The notes under the pieces: model-generated
What the model saw: only the letters and a program-made list of their open reading frames with translations
Databases searched by the model: none
What the model was told of the DNA's origin: nothing
Part shown: in pieces, positions 25,021 to 39,179 of the stretch
Layout: every line of letters starts with the position of its first letter
Position numbering within the stretch: position 1 is the first letter of the stretch
Position numbers and translations under genes: made by a program
DNA from: Octopus vulgaris
Taxonomy: Eukaryota
Direction of reading: 5' to 3'
Assembly (NCBI GenBank): GCA_951406725.2
Contig: OX597829.1
Location: forward strand, 1,612,001 to 1,676,000
DNA: 64,000 nt

Positions 25021-26242
25021 AGGGAGGCAGAGAGGGCAAGAAAAAGTAGAGACAGATAAGCAGATAAAAGGGTAGAGAGAGGTCGGTAGTAAAGAAAGTC
25101 AAGAAAAGTAGAGAGAGCAGTAGAGATAGAGAAACGTAAGTTGAGATGAAGAAACAAAGAGAGAAAAACGAAGATAAGAGAGATAGGGGGAGAGAGAGAG
25201 AGAGAGAGCTGAGTGAAAATATGTGAGAAAGAGAGATCGATGTAAATAGAAATGCGGAGACAGAGAGTGAAAGAATGTGGAGATGAGGGAGAGAGAAGGA
25301 TAAATCAATATAAATAGAAGAGATAGTGGAAATGGATGTCAAAGAGAGGTCAATGTAGATATAAACGAAGAGGAGTAACAAAGAGATAGAAAGGGAAGAA
25401 AGAGTGAGAGGTATAGAGAAAATAGATCAATTTAAGTGTAACTAGAGATAAAGACACAACTCAGAGGTGGTGATAAAAATTCTGTCTGACATTAGACATG
25501 TGATAATGAAAATATATAAAAATTATCAGTATGTATCGAGGAAGGCAGAAAAAAAGAGATAATAATAAACTTTTGTTTCTGTTACCTTCAGATTGGTCCG
25601 ATTAAAACGAAATAAATTTCTTCTCACTTTGTGTACTTACCCAACTTCAATGATCTAACCTACGTGATTTACTATCGAAAAATGTAAACAAACCTCAGAT
25701 TCCAGAAATTCTTGTATTTGATACTCTTTTGCAATCTACAAAATTGCATACAAACGTTTGGGTCATACAAGTTGGAATCTTCCGATCGTATTTTTCAAAG
25801 TACAGTCATACGTAGATATGAAGATATATTTACTCAACGATTAGGCGAGTTGGCCTTAATCTTTTAACGTCGAAAAATTCCTTAAAAACTGCATTACGGT
25901 TGATGGAATTAAAATATTGTTTTTTTAAATTATGGTATAATGGCAGTAATATATTTCAACCAGAGACCAATTAGATTTCAGTTCAATTCGATCTAATTGG
26001 AATTTGTCGATTCTTCCAGTATCTTAGCTTGACAGCTTTAACAAGCCGGAGTCATCTTATAAAATAAAAATTCTGAAAACAAATAATATCGATGATCTTA
26101 ATGTTGCGAAATATTATTGATACAGTCAACATTTATGATAGTCTTTCGGTGACAATATTGAGTTCAGCCAAAACCGAAACTTATTTTACTAGATTAATCT
26201 GATATTCTAGATATAAAGCTCAAAGTGCTGGAAAAAAATTAT

Positions 26243-26380
26243 GCTTACGAACCACATGGCTCCGGGTTCAATCCCACTGCGTGGCAACTTGGGCAAGTGT
26301 CTTCTACTATAACCTCGGACCGACCAATACCTTGTGAGTGGATTTGGTAGACGGAAACTGAAAGAAGCCCGTCGTATATG

Positions 26381-26471
<91 letters not shown>

Positions 26472-26690
26472 GTGTGTGTGTGTATGTTTGTATGTCTGTG
26501 TTTGTCCCCCCAACATCGCTTGACAACCGATGCTGGTGTGTTTACGTTCCCGTAACTTAGCCGTTCGGCAAAAGAGACCGATAGAATACGTACTAGGCTT
26601 ACAAAGAATAAGTCCTGGGGTCGATTTGCTCGACTAAAAGACGGTATTCCATCATGGCCGCAGTCAAAATGACTGAAACAAGTAAAATAC
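26243..26690 (+). mobile_element. SINE family B (5' truncated)
   Basis: Family core and tail present. Confidence 0.85.
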
Positions 26691-26941
26691 TAAATATAGA
26701 CAATGATGATAATATCAGGATGATAGCGATGATAAGGATTATTGTTATCAATATCTATAAATTCGATAAATGATCGCAGTGAGATTATTTTCACACTTCC
26801 TTCGATAAATATAAAAATTCTTATCTTGTTTAATAAGAAGACGGATGTGAAAGAAACAGTATTGTGGGATTGCTAACTGATGAAGTAGAACAATGATAGC
26901 TCTACAAAAAATGAAGTTAACACCTTGTTACTTCTGATATC

Positions 26942-27422
26942 TGGAGGTGCAATGGCCCAGGTGTAAGGGCAGCGGACTCGCGGTCCTAGGATCGAGGTTT
27001 CGATGCCCAGACCAGGCATTGTGAGTGTCTATTGAGCGAAAACACCTAAAGTAGTGGTCATCCCTGCTGTACTCTTTCACCACAACTTTCTCTCACTCTT
27101 TCTTCCTGTTTCTGTTGTACCTGTATTTCAAAGGGCCAGCCTTGTCACACTCTGTGTCACGCTGAATCTTCCCGAGAACTACGTTAGGGGTACACGTGTC
27201 TGTGGAGTGCTCAGCCACTTGCACTTAATAAATGAGCTGCGACGTCAATGGTGCCAAGCTGTATCGGCCTTTGCCTTACCCTTGGATAACATCGGTGGCG
27301 TGGAGAGGGGAGGCCGGTATGCGTGGGCAACTGCTGGTCTTCCATAAACAACCTTGCCCTGACTTTTGCCTCGAAGGGTAACTTTCTAGGTGCAATCCCA
27401 TGGCCATTCATGACCGAAGGGC
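26942..27422 (+). mobile_element. SINE family C variant with longer body
   Basis: Family C head; body segments shared with minus-strand copies at 40110-40345 and 46630-46930. Confidence 0.75.
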
Positions 27423-28100
27423 GTCACAATCACACACACACACACACTTCTGATATCTCATACCTATAGAGAAATAGGATTTTCTATTCTTTTATTCAAA
27501 TAATAATATATCATGGGCAACATATAATAATGTGTACTTCTTTGTCGTTGTAGATATTATTTGAACCTGCGCACATTTAGTCATCATTGTTGCTTGTCTT
27601 CTATTAATGCATGGTGTACCTAGTATTACGTTATCGAATGTGTCCCTCCTTGTTATTATTCCTAATTTAAAAGATCTTGCTTATATTAAGAAGTGGTGTA
27701 TCTAGGACTACATTACCTGGTGTATATTTTATTTATATTAGCATTATTTTTGGTCTCTTTCAGAAGACCTTCATCATCTGACCATCCGGTTGTGCTAAGA
27801 GAAACCTGTCTTTCAGCCAGTCATAGTGTATCAAGGACTACAACATTATCTAATATCTTCTTCCTTGTTGCTGCTCGGTCAAAGTAGATCCATCAGATTT
27901 ATAACCAAAATGTGTTTCAGGAGTGATTGTTTTGTCTTTCATTCCAAACGAAGGTTCCTCTCTTTGGACATTATATGCTTTATTTTTAAGAAGTTTCGAT
28001 ACGATCCTATTATGGTTTCGTTATTTTAAGCCAAGTCTAGGTGCCGTAGAATGTCCATTTATTGATAACTCACCGTTATCAGATTCAAGATTGAACATTG

Positions 28101-28310
28101 CGGCGAGCTTGCAGAATCGTTAACACGCCGGGGAACACGTCTAACGGCATTTCATCCGTCTTTACATTCTGAAATCTAATTCCGCGGAGGTCGATTTTGC
28201 TTTTCATCATTTCGGGGTCGATAAAATAAGTACCAGCTAAGCATTGGGGTCGATATAATTGATTTACCCTTCTCCTAAACTTTCTGGCCTTGTGCCAAAA
28301 TTTGAAATCA
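28101..28310 (+). mobile_element. SINE family A (diverged)
   Basis: GCGGCGAGCTTGCAGAATCGTTAAC head, tail GGCCTTGTGCCAAAATTTGAAA. Confidence 0.8.
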
Positions 28311-28416
28311 ATGTTTAACTAAGTCTAGTGTTCAGAGAGCTTATACTTTTGAAGAAAAGATTCTTAATACTATGAAATTAACAGAAAAGTTATTCAGAAG
28401 AAAACAAGCTGCAAAA

Positions 28417-28725
28417 TGGCGAATTTCATTTCGAAGCGAAATGATACATTTTTAGTAATTGATTTGTTGTGACATGTAGTTTTGATAAAACTTAACACAC
28501 ACAAAAAAAAAAAAGCCGAAGAAGAAACATATAAGCACCAGGTAACTTATATTTCGTTATGACAAGTCAACATGTTATGAATTACTTCAGAAAAACATAG
28601 TCTAAACTCAGTTTATTGCTTAAGTTCTCATGGGAAAAATCACGGTGAGAAAAAGCGTAAGTTTTACCTGCGCGGGGCTTCAATGACATTCAACTCTACC
28701 ACAAGAGGAGAAAGTTTACAAACCA
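28417..28725 (+). ncRNA. Structured repeat unit U8
   Basis: Full-length match; an A-rich insertion is confined to the apical loop of the hairpin (~28496-28530). Confidence 0.6.
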
Positions 28726-29039
28726 CAAGAAAGTCAGTCTAATTTCTGGAAATAGCAGTCGAATTTACCAGAAATCAGACATTTATAGGAACATATTAGA
28801 TAATACAAACATATGTACATTGTGCATGAAATAAAGATCTTTATAATAATGATGACGATGATGTTTTAATATTGACAAAGTTTGTTATTGTCAGTAACAG
28901 GGGGACCATACAAACAACTACACTGAAATGGTTTTCACATTTGCTTCACCAATGAATGTCAATCTTATTTAAATGGAGTATGGAAGTGAAAGATACATAC
29001 TCTATTTTGGAATTGACAACAAAGGAGACTGGACAACAA

Positions 29040-29378
29040 TCTCTCTCTCTCTATCCGCTCAGTTGAAGTCGACTCTCGGTTACTCAATGGATCAGTGTTC
29101 TCTAGCCGGTTCTATCCTGGGCCGCTTCTTTCAGATTGGCTATGTCCATTCCCGTATCACTCTTGATGGTGTCAAGCCAGCGGCTTCTTGGTCGGCTTCT
29201 TCCTCTCTTGCCACTGACCATTCCGAGCTTGATGTCCTTCTCCAGGGATTTTCTCCGCATAATATGACCAAAATATGTCAATCTATGCTTGGTGATCCTA
29301 GCTTCTAGTGACAGTTTTGGCTTGATCTGGTTAAGAACTTCTCCATTGGTGAGCCTCGCTGTCCATGGAATCCGTAAA
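29040..29378 (-). mobile_element. RTE/BovB-like LINE 3' fragment
   Basis: Minus strand encodes RIPWTARLTNGEVL..YFGHIMRR.SLEKDI.LGMVSGKRGRGRP..RWLDTI; ends in a (GA)n tail. Confidence 0.75.
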
Positions 29379-30779
29379 ACTGGACAATAATAGATGCGTG
29401 AAATATTATGTTATTGCGGTTAACTCCAGGTCAGACCTTATTCACCAAATATTTCGATCAAACTTAGCGTAAACGTAAATCTCCAGTGCTTTTTCTTTTC
29501 TTTTCTTTTTAATTCACGTAGTAATGTACCAAGAAGTACAAATGTGACTAATTTTTGTTAGATGAAGAATGGCTCAAATCCTATCACTAAATTTGTTCTG
29601 GGTGTTAAGTCTATGTTTTAACTGTATATTTATCCATTGTTTTACTGCGGTTACATTTTGTCAGGCATCTCTTTATATTCTTATTGTTGCTTCATTGAGC
29701 TTTGTACAAGATAATTCTTGCAGATCAATGATTAAGGGCGCTCCTTCCATGACCAGCCCTTAATTTAAATACGGAGATGTACTTTGATTACAGCATATAA
29801 ATGTCTCTCGTTGTTGTTATTTAGTCACATGTCATCGATCAACCATCAGTGACCAAGTTATTCTACTTTACCATTATATATTTTGGCCGAATTCTGCTTT
29901 AAACACGCCATATAACTACTAATGACTTTCTATTTTTTGGGAATTTTCAGAAAACTTTTGTGAATTTGTATTCTACCACTCCTTGTTTCATAACCCGTGT
30001 CTTTCTATCCTGGCTGCTATTTCCTGTAGTAGGCAAAACCTGTACATACACACACATACACAAATATATGCATATATATATATATATATAAAAGAAAGAA
30101 AATGCACATACTTTACATAGTTTTAATATACGTTAAAATTTATTTTATAAGTGAAAGTGTATTGCGTTTGTCGACCGGTTTCGCTTTCGCTAATAATGAC
30201 ATTTAGATTATTGTAATTTCGTATTTTCTTACGAAAATTTTAGTCCGTGTTCGTTTGGTAGTTTGTGAATGAAATGAATCAACAGGTAGAAAAATCTCAG
30301 GGAATGTAAGTGATGATGGTTATTATTCGGAACAGGGGAAGTAATTGCTCATTTTGGGGGAGGGGATATACTAAAACTCAAATGCTAAATTATTGAGATT
30401 AAATATTTACAGTGATGTGTATGTATACCACACCCACACACACACATTTAGACGTGTATGTACATATGTGCATATGTGTGTGCGCTTGTGCGTGTCTGCG
30501 TGTATGTGTAAAATTATAAGGTGTTGAAAATGCACTAAATTTGTGTGGTTGTGTCTGTGTATTTGCATAAAAAAAGTTATATTTTTTTTAACCTAGAATG
30601 CATGTTTCATGTTTCCCAGAGGGAAGACCCTCTTCTCCCGGATCTTGTAGGTTTTGAATTATCATCGTTACCCTTGTAACTTTGCTTTTTCCTGGCAGAA
30701 AAAGCAATCCAATTTTTACCTCTTGAAAATGTGGTCTACATTAGTCTGGCCTCTGTTCTTTGACTTATCCAGCACAAGA

Positions 30780-31112
30780 GGCCCTATGGGGTCCTTGCGT
30801 TCTACAGGCTTAGATTGAGGTACACAAGCTACAAAAGCCATACACTCGTACATACTTAATAAACGAAATGGACAGTGAAGCCCTCTGAGCTCCAGGATGT
30901 GACCGAAAATTTAGATTATGTCAAATTTCTGAGGGAGACATCACACATGTAAACAGCACTTTCCCCGAAAATGTCATCTGGGTTCCATCTCCCAATGCGA
31001 CATGACATCTACCTCAAATTAAACTGTTCTAGGATAAATTTAGAGAATTCCCTCCTGTTACAGAATACGTAGATAAGTATCAACCCAAAAAACATTGGTG
31101 GAACATTCCCAT

Positions 31113-31114
<2 letters not shown>
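30780..31114 (+). mobile_element. Decayed RLE-class (Dong/NeSL-like) non-LTR fragment
   Basis: Frameshifted RK.RLCQ.SE.DITHV..PKMSS..LPMRHD and KHWWNIPI resemble the zinc-knuckle region before the RLE domain. Confidence 0.45.
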
Positions 31115-31181
<67 letters not shown>

Positions 31182-31781
31182 TGTGCATGGATAAATGCAA
31201 ACATTTATGTATGCATATGTATATGCATGCATACATGATGTCTGTCCACTAAAAACACTGTGTATTCCGACAGAATTATACTTTATCCATCACTGGAGAC
31301 TGATAAGCCCAGCTCTTGATTGACATGCATGTCTGCAGATACTGCCCACGAAACGTTTCCCATTCACTGCACTGGCAGTGTGTTTTTGAGTCCCTCACTT
31401 CAGATAATGCACAATGTGCATTTCTTCAAAAACATCCTCTCTTTCCTTTACTAATTGCGCCATTGGTAGCGGTGATAATTTGTTTCTTCCCCAATTGATC
31501 TCCCATATTTCGCATATCTTCAACGAGGACTTTATACCATACTTAAACCGTAATCTTGGTTTCCGCTTTTTGCGCCATATAGCATTTGTGTAATGATCCT
31601 TTGATCATTCATCCGAACAAGCGCGTAATCCGTGCTTGTGCATCTTCGACTCAATGCTCAGGATGTCGGACCCCCTCCTGACCTCTGTGTCTGAGGTCCT
31701 CAAGGTCTAGCCATGGTAAATACTTATACACACACCATACGTTCACACAGGTATACATACATACAAGCACATACATACGTA

Positions 31782-31855
<74 letters not shown>

Positions 31856-32005
31856 GTGAAATAGAAAGATGAATAATCTTGTAGTAGATTAATCAAAAGT
31901 TTAACCGATACCTTAGTAGCAAAAATCACAGCAGTAAAACAGCACGGTTGGAGGTACAACCATATGGTGTTGCAACCGTGCGTTGGTGCGGATAATTGAA
32001 ATTAG

Positions 32006-32463
32006 AACATTATTGGTGAATTGAAGAAATGGAGCTGAACGCAGATTGAACAGAAATCGTTTTATTTCATTCTACACGTGTTTCGAAAGGCACAAATTAC
32101 CAAAATCCGATGGAATAATGGAACCATATTGTGTCTTTCTCTTCAGGAAGAAAATAGGAAATCCGTTGGAAAAACAAAAACAGAACAGAGGCGGAGCAAA
32201 AACAAATCGAACTATGCTCCTAAGAGCCCATGGCGCGCCATGGGCTCTTAGGAGCATAGTTCGATTTGTTTTTGCTCCGCCTCTGTTCTGTTTTTGTTTT
32301 TCCAACGGATTTCCTATTTTCTTCCTGAAGAGAAAGACACAATATGGTTCCATTATTCCATCGGATTTTGGTAATTTGTGCCTTTCGAAACACGTGTAGA
32401 ATGAAATAAAACGATTTCTGTTCAATCTGCGTTCAGCTCCATTTCTTCAATTCACCAATAATG

Positions 32464-32465
<2 letters not shown>
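32006..32465. mobile_element. Perfect 460-bp spacerless palindrome of a third Penelope-type terminal repeat
   Basis: Centre CATGGCG|CGCCATG at 32235/32236; identical ORFs predicted on both strands. Confidence 0.8.
32315..32408 (+). ncRNA. Type I hammerhead ribozyme (mirror copy at 32063-32156, minus)
   Basis: TATTTTCTTC-CTGAAGA-GAAAGACACAA..TTGTGCCTTTC-GAAA-CACGTG-TA-GAATGAAATA; palindromic stem III ACACGTGT, GUA triplet. Confidence 0.8.
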
Positions 32466-32513
<48 letters not shown>

Positions 32514-32578
32514 AGAGAGAGAGAGATGTACTTGCATAGCGAGTGACTTGATCTGAGATCGTGTGCTGGAACGAAAGC

Positions 32579-32817
<239 letters not shown>

Positions 32818-33139
32818 ATAGATATAGATATAGATATAGATATAGATATATAGATATAGATATGCACACAAACACACACACGTACATATACGCATGCATA
32901 CATACACATGTAATTAATTTGATTTGTTATTAAAAAGTGTAAATATTTTGTATTATTTTGTCAGTTGAATATTGTGTTCAGGCGATTTACCTCAGTCAGG
33001 TAAAAGTTTGACCGTTGCATCTAAATTTTACAACTCTAATTTGAGGTTCAAACCACATGCTTACACTAAAGAAGGAAAAGCACACGTGATTGATATTAAT
33101 CTCAGTAAAACAATATACTAAAGTAAATTTCTCATAAAA

Positions 33140-33735
33140 ATGGCAAATTTATTGCAGAAATGTAACAGCTTTACTAACTGATTTGCTGTGACATAGTAGC
33201 TTTGGTAAACCTTATCAAAAGAATATCTAAGCACGAGGTGACCTACATTTTGTTATGGCAAGTCGACATGTTATGAATTGCTTCAAAAATTGTTAGTCTA
33301 AACTCAAGTTTATAACTGGAAACAGTTATCATGGGAAAAATTACTGTGAGAAAAAATAAAGTTTCACCTGTGCATGTTGTCAATGGCATTCACCTTTGCC
33401 ATAACATGAGAAAGTTTAGGAACACACGATGTGGTTACACGACTGCACATGGTAAATTTTATTTCTCAGAGCGATACACTTTTAGTAACTGATTTGCTTT
33501 GACATGTAGCTTTGATAAACCTCAACAAAAAAACATATGTGCACCAAGAAACCTAAACTTTGTTGTGACAAATCAGCAGGTTAATGAATTACTTAAAAAA
33601 AGCCTTACACCAAATTCAATTTATTACTGAAGTAAATTCTCATGAGAAAAATTTCGGTGGGAAAAAATTAAGTTTCATCTGTGTAGGTTGTCGATGGTAT
33701 TCACCTCTGTCATAAGAAGAGAAAGTTTACGAATC
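33140..33735 (+). ncRNA. Structured repeat units U9 and U10 (tandem pair)
   Basis: Two consecutive copies; compensatory pairs TTGCTG/TGGCAA (U9) and CTGATTTG/CAAATCAG (U10). Confidence 0.6.
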
Positions 33736-33879
33736 CTTTAGGAATTATATATATGGAAACAGTACTGCTGGAAATGATATTCAAATCTCCCTCAAATTCA
33801 TCCCACCATATGAAAGAAGAATGTATTAGATAATTCATATCTAGATGACATTTCTTATGAAACAAAAGTTATGATTTTG

Positions 33880-34476
<597 letters not shown>

Positions 34477-34995
34477 GGCTCTCGTGGCTTCTGATCTTAA
34501 CTGATTGGAAGTGTTATCATGTACATTGTTTTGTTTTGGTATAAAAGATGGACTAACATCAAATATTCTGCTCAATACCACAGATTTGCTTGTCAGTTGT
34601 TTGACCTTAACCAGTTGACCATGTCCCTTAGAGGCTGACGATATGTGCATCTCTGATCACGAGCAGAAGTAGTGGGGGAGCATCATAGCCATGTGTTGAG
34701 AGGGATTATTTGGGATTAGAATAATTCACCTTTGGAAACATGGGTGTTTCGTTCAACATCCTTAAACAACCCTTATTCAGGGACCTTTTGTGTGGGATGG
34801 GCTACTTGATCAGAAGGCAATTCTAACTGGGCCCCACCTGCAAGGTCATACGCTGTTAATCTTGATATGAGATCACCATGTCACGCACATATGGTTGTGA
34901 TGCATGTGCCTGGTGTACCCTTATTAGACGGGTATACTGGGCTTCGTATATTTTACCCCAGTGTCACTTTGATAGCATGCACTGCTCTCTCACTT
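34477..34995 (+). mobile_element. ~520-bp non-coding element embedded in (AAT)n
   Basis: GGCTCTCGTGGCTTCTGATCTTAACTG..CTGCTCTCTCACT(AAT)n; near-identical copies at 57723 and 58960. Confidence 0.75.
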
Positions 34996-35744
34996 AATAA
35001 TAATAATAACAACAACAATCACAACGATATTAACCATGAGAAAGTTTATGGACCTGCGAAATATGCTTAAGGGTCTACTTTAGAAGTGCAGATCAACCTC
35101 AGTTCACACCTTATTATTTTCTAAAGGAGATAGAAGATAATGTAAGACTGAGTTTATTGATTATTAAATATAGATTAGGGTAATGAAAACAACGACAACA
35201 AAAATAATAAAGATTATGTTTATTGCTTCCTGCGAACTCAATATATTTTATAATACTGAGACCTTTTTCTTCAGCTCCTTATCTTCTGATGTGGTAATTT
35301 TTGTTTGATTTAATTGGAGGAAAGAAGTGATGTAAGCAAACAAGATTGTGGGAGTGTGGGATTGATAGCTAATTAAGATTGTACTAGGTACACGGATCAA
35401 GAAGTTATTGTTATTTTTCTCAAGGTGTGTCCTCAACCATCAGCACAACAACCATTCAAGTTATTCAATCTGTGGATCTCCAGGTAATATTTATTGCGTC
35501 TACGTTTACAAAACAAACGTAACTTTACATTTTACTAATGTGCAACGCAACAAGGCCAGTCTTTATTCTGCAGATTTTATCTATTTTAACTGGGTGCAGA
35601 AGTGAAAGAAACATGTTATATTGTGGGATTTTTTAATTTTTCTCTTGAACCACGATTAATGCTTGTTCCCTATTCTCGGTAGAACTTCTTTCAGCTTTGG
35701 TCTTTTGATTTGAGACAGCGTCTTCTTACAGTCGTAATATTCTT

Positions 35745-36075
35745 ATTTCTTTACTGCCCACAAGGGGCTAAACACAGAGAGGACAAAACAAGGACAGACA
35801 TAGGTATTAAGTCGATTACATCGACCCCAGTGCGTAACTGGTACTTAATTTATCGACCCCGAAAGGATGAAAGGCAAAGTCGACCTCGGCGGAATTTGAA
35901 CTCAAAACGTAACGGCAGACGAAATATCTATTTCTTTACTACCCACAAGGGGCTAAACACTGAAGAGACAAACAAGTACAGACAGACGATTATATCGACC
36001 CCAGAACGTAGCGGCAGACGAAATACCACTAGGCATTTCGCCCGGCGTGCTAACCTTTCTGCCAGCTCGCCACCT
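35745..36075 (-). mobile_element. SINE family A (rearranged dimer)
   Basis: Two partial minus-strand copies. Confidence 0.8.
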
Positions 36076-36915
36076 TTTATACTGTCGCAATATTCTATTC
36101 ACCCTGTTATTTTATATGATTTTGTATGTATCCCTCACACTAGATCTTATTTTTAGTTCCATGTTAATCAGGACGGTAGTGGAGCTAAAGACAGGATTAA
36201 GGAATATGAAGTCTGTGATCAAGTAACTTTCCTCTCTGCTATTCAATCTTAGCTTATTTACTTATTTCAATAAATAGTACTGTGGCCATGCTGGGGCACT
36301 GCCTTGAAGGGCTAAGTCAAACAAATCGACCCTAGGACTTATCTTTAAGTCAGATACTTATTCTACCAATTGTGAAGAAGTATTTGGGAACAAGTACTAA
36401 TCAAAAGACACACACACATGCGCATGTATGTATGTATGCATGTATGTATCTGTGTATGTATGTATGTAAGTATGCATGTATGCATGCATGTATGTGTTTG
36501 TGCAGCAAGTTTCTCAAAAAAGAACGCTCATACCTAGTTTTACATCATCTAATGTGTTAGTACCTTCTTGTTGATTACTACCAAATCATTCTTGTTCCAA
36601 GGGACCAATGATCAGATGTGATCCGCCAATCTTTTTGTTCAAATACTTTTTACAACAAACTACATTGTGTTATTTTTTTGCTGTATGTCATATACCCAGT
36701 CTGTTGAGGTCAAGCTTATCAAAGCTGTACCAATTGTGTTAATACCGTCTTCTACTGAAATATAATTAATAAAGTATCACATCCTTCAAGTTATTCAACC
36801 TGTGGATCTCCAGGTAATATTTATTGCGTCTAGGCTTGAATCTAGCAGTGCGAAAGGAATTTGATGGGCAAAAACTACGAAAGCTCTTCGATACATACAT
36901 ACACACATACATACA

Positions 36916-36948
<33 letters not shown>

Positions 36949-37271
36949 GCATACATACCTATATACCTATATACATAAATGAGCATCCATATACATACGT
37001 TGATGTATTTATTCGAACGTAATATTAAAGCATCAAAAATGCTAATTTATAGTACCATTCTGCCACGTTTCAGTGCGTCCAAAAGACGACGTCTTCGGGT
37101 AATAATCCTCACCAAGGACCAAGGGTTAACCTAGTATCTTTATTTTCCTAACCTCGCCTTATGGTCTAACCGTAAGCCTGAAAGTAAAAAAAAACAACAA
37201 TATATCATCATGCAATAATATACCCACAAAATCTACAGAAATAAACATGATGTAACTATGATGAAATTTAT

Positions 37272-37694
37272 GGATCTTTTCGGTTTGAAAGGCAGTTTTG
37301 TCTAGCGGTGTCCTATGAAATTGTCACCCATAATTATGTCCCTAGTATCGATCTATTGCATTTCAATCTGTTTTAGGGTTAGGGTTAGAGTTAGGGGTGG
37401 GGCGAAGGATATCTTTTTTTCTTCACAAATGTAAATTAACCCAATCTGTTTCTTAAACGAAGGACATATTCATACAGCACAGAATGTTTTCGCCTCAATA
37501 GACGTCATTGATTGGCTGAAATTGCAGAAATTGAAGAGAAAAAACAACAAATATCTTACAAACTATAGAATTTTCTGAATAAAGCCAAGAGAAAAAGATG
37601 TTTTATAAGCACATTCTACCAGTATATGAAGTTTAAAAGTGTTTAGCTGCGTGGAAATTATTTTAAAAAACTGCCGTTCAAACCGAAAAGATCC
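37272..37694. mobile_element. MITE with 28-bp TIRs and 8-bp TSD
   Basis: TIR GGATCTTTTCGGTTTGAAAGGCAGTTTT / AAAACTGCCGTTCAAACCGAAAAGATCC; TSD AAATTTAT on both sides; internal TTAGGG repeats. Confidence 0.9.
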
Positions 37695-38250
37695 AAATTT
37701 ATTCCTAGTGCGAATTTTTGAAGTGATTTATTTCATGTGACATGTAGTTTTGGTAAGCTTTAACAAAAGCCATATTTAGCACCAGGTAACCAACCTATAT
37801 CGCGTCATGAGAAGGCAACATCTTATGAATTACTTAAAAATAAATAGTCTAAACTCAGCTTATTAATTTCCTTGAGAAAAATTACGGAGAGAAACAAGTA
37901 TGGCTTCACCTGCCTGGTCTGTCAATGGCATTCACTTCTACCATAACATGAGAAAGCTTACGAACGTGTTCTCGACTGTAAAATGGTGAATTTATATCCC
38001 AAAGAGATACATTTTTAGTAATTGATTTGTTTTGACAAGTAGCATTGGTAAAACTTAAGACAAGAACAACTAAATACTAGGTAACCTATACTTTGTTATG
38101 ACAAATCAACATGAATTACTTCATAAAACGTTCTAAGCTAACTTTGTTACCGAGGTTCTCATGGAAAAATTTACGGAGAGAAAAAATATGGTTTCATGTT
38201 TACAGGTTGTCATTAGCTTTCATCGCTACCATAACACGAGAAAGTTGTAG
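37695..38250 (+). ncRNA. Structured repeat units U11 and U12 (tandem pair)
   Basis: Two consecutive copies beginning right after a MITE insertion. Confidence 0.6.
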
Positions 38251-38335
38251 AGCCGAAATCTGAAGGAAAGCCTCTCGATACATACGTGTCTACACACATA
38301 TCCACACCCACACGCACACATTAATACATACATGC

Positions 38336-38366
<31 letters not shown>

Positions 38367-38373
38367 CATACAT

Positions 38374-38467
<94 letters not shown>

Positions 38468-38469
38468 GT

Positions 38470-38783
38470 GTGGAGGCGCAATGGCTCAGTGGTTAGGGCA
38501 GCGGACTCGCGGTCGTAGGATCGCAGTTTCGATTCCCAGACCGGGCGTTGTGAGTGTTTATTGAGCGAAAACACCTAAAGCTCCATGAGGCTCCGGCAGG
38601 GGTTGGTGGCGATCCCTGCTGTACTCTTTCACCACAACTTTCCCTCACTCTTTCTTCTGTCGGCTTGCTCGCTTAGCCAGCGGGGTTGCGTAATTTGAAG
38701 GCTAAAACAATGCGAAGCGCATTGTGACCAGCGATGTGTAGCAACATCTGATAGCCTGGTCGGTTACGGTGATCACGGTGATA
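38470..38783 (+). mobile_element. SINE family C
   Basis: Full-length copy. Confidence 0.85.
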
Positions 38784-39179
38784 TATACACGTACACACAC
38801 TTACACGCACACACATGTATTTTAAAGAAAAATTTTATTAAAAGTTATTATGTGCTTAAAAAGATTTTTTGAAAAATGGAGGGAACCCTGTGGAATGAAA
38901 TTTTCGTAGTGTATGTGTGAGTTTTGTGTTGAATCCGAGTAGAGGAAATTGACTATTTCCAGTCTAATATCGGATTTAGAATGCTTATAAAATATTCTTC
39001 TTTCTTAGTGAATTATTTCCTTTTATTTTATTTTGAAAAAAAGGGGTAATATTTTGCATTTTTTATTTGCTCAAATGATATGTTCACAATGTAAAATGCT
39101 TCTAAGAGAGCAGTCTTAGATTTATAATATGCACTTTCACATACATACACTCTCTCTTTTTCTCTCTCTTTCCCCTCGT

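Noticed and set aside
32046-32425. Identical 117-aa ORFs on both strands
   Set aside because: Consequence of the perfect palindrome; no protein motif.
37373-37396. Interstitial telomere
   Set aside because: Only ~4 repeats and internal to a MITE.
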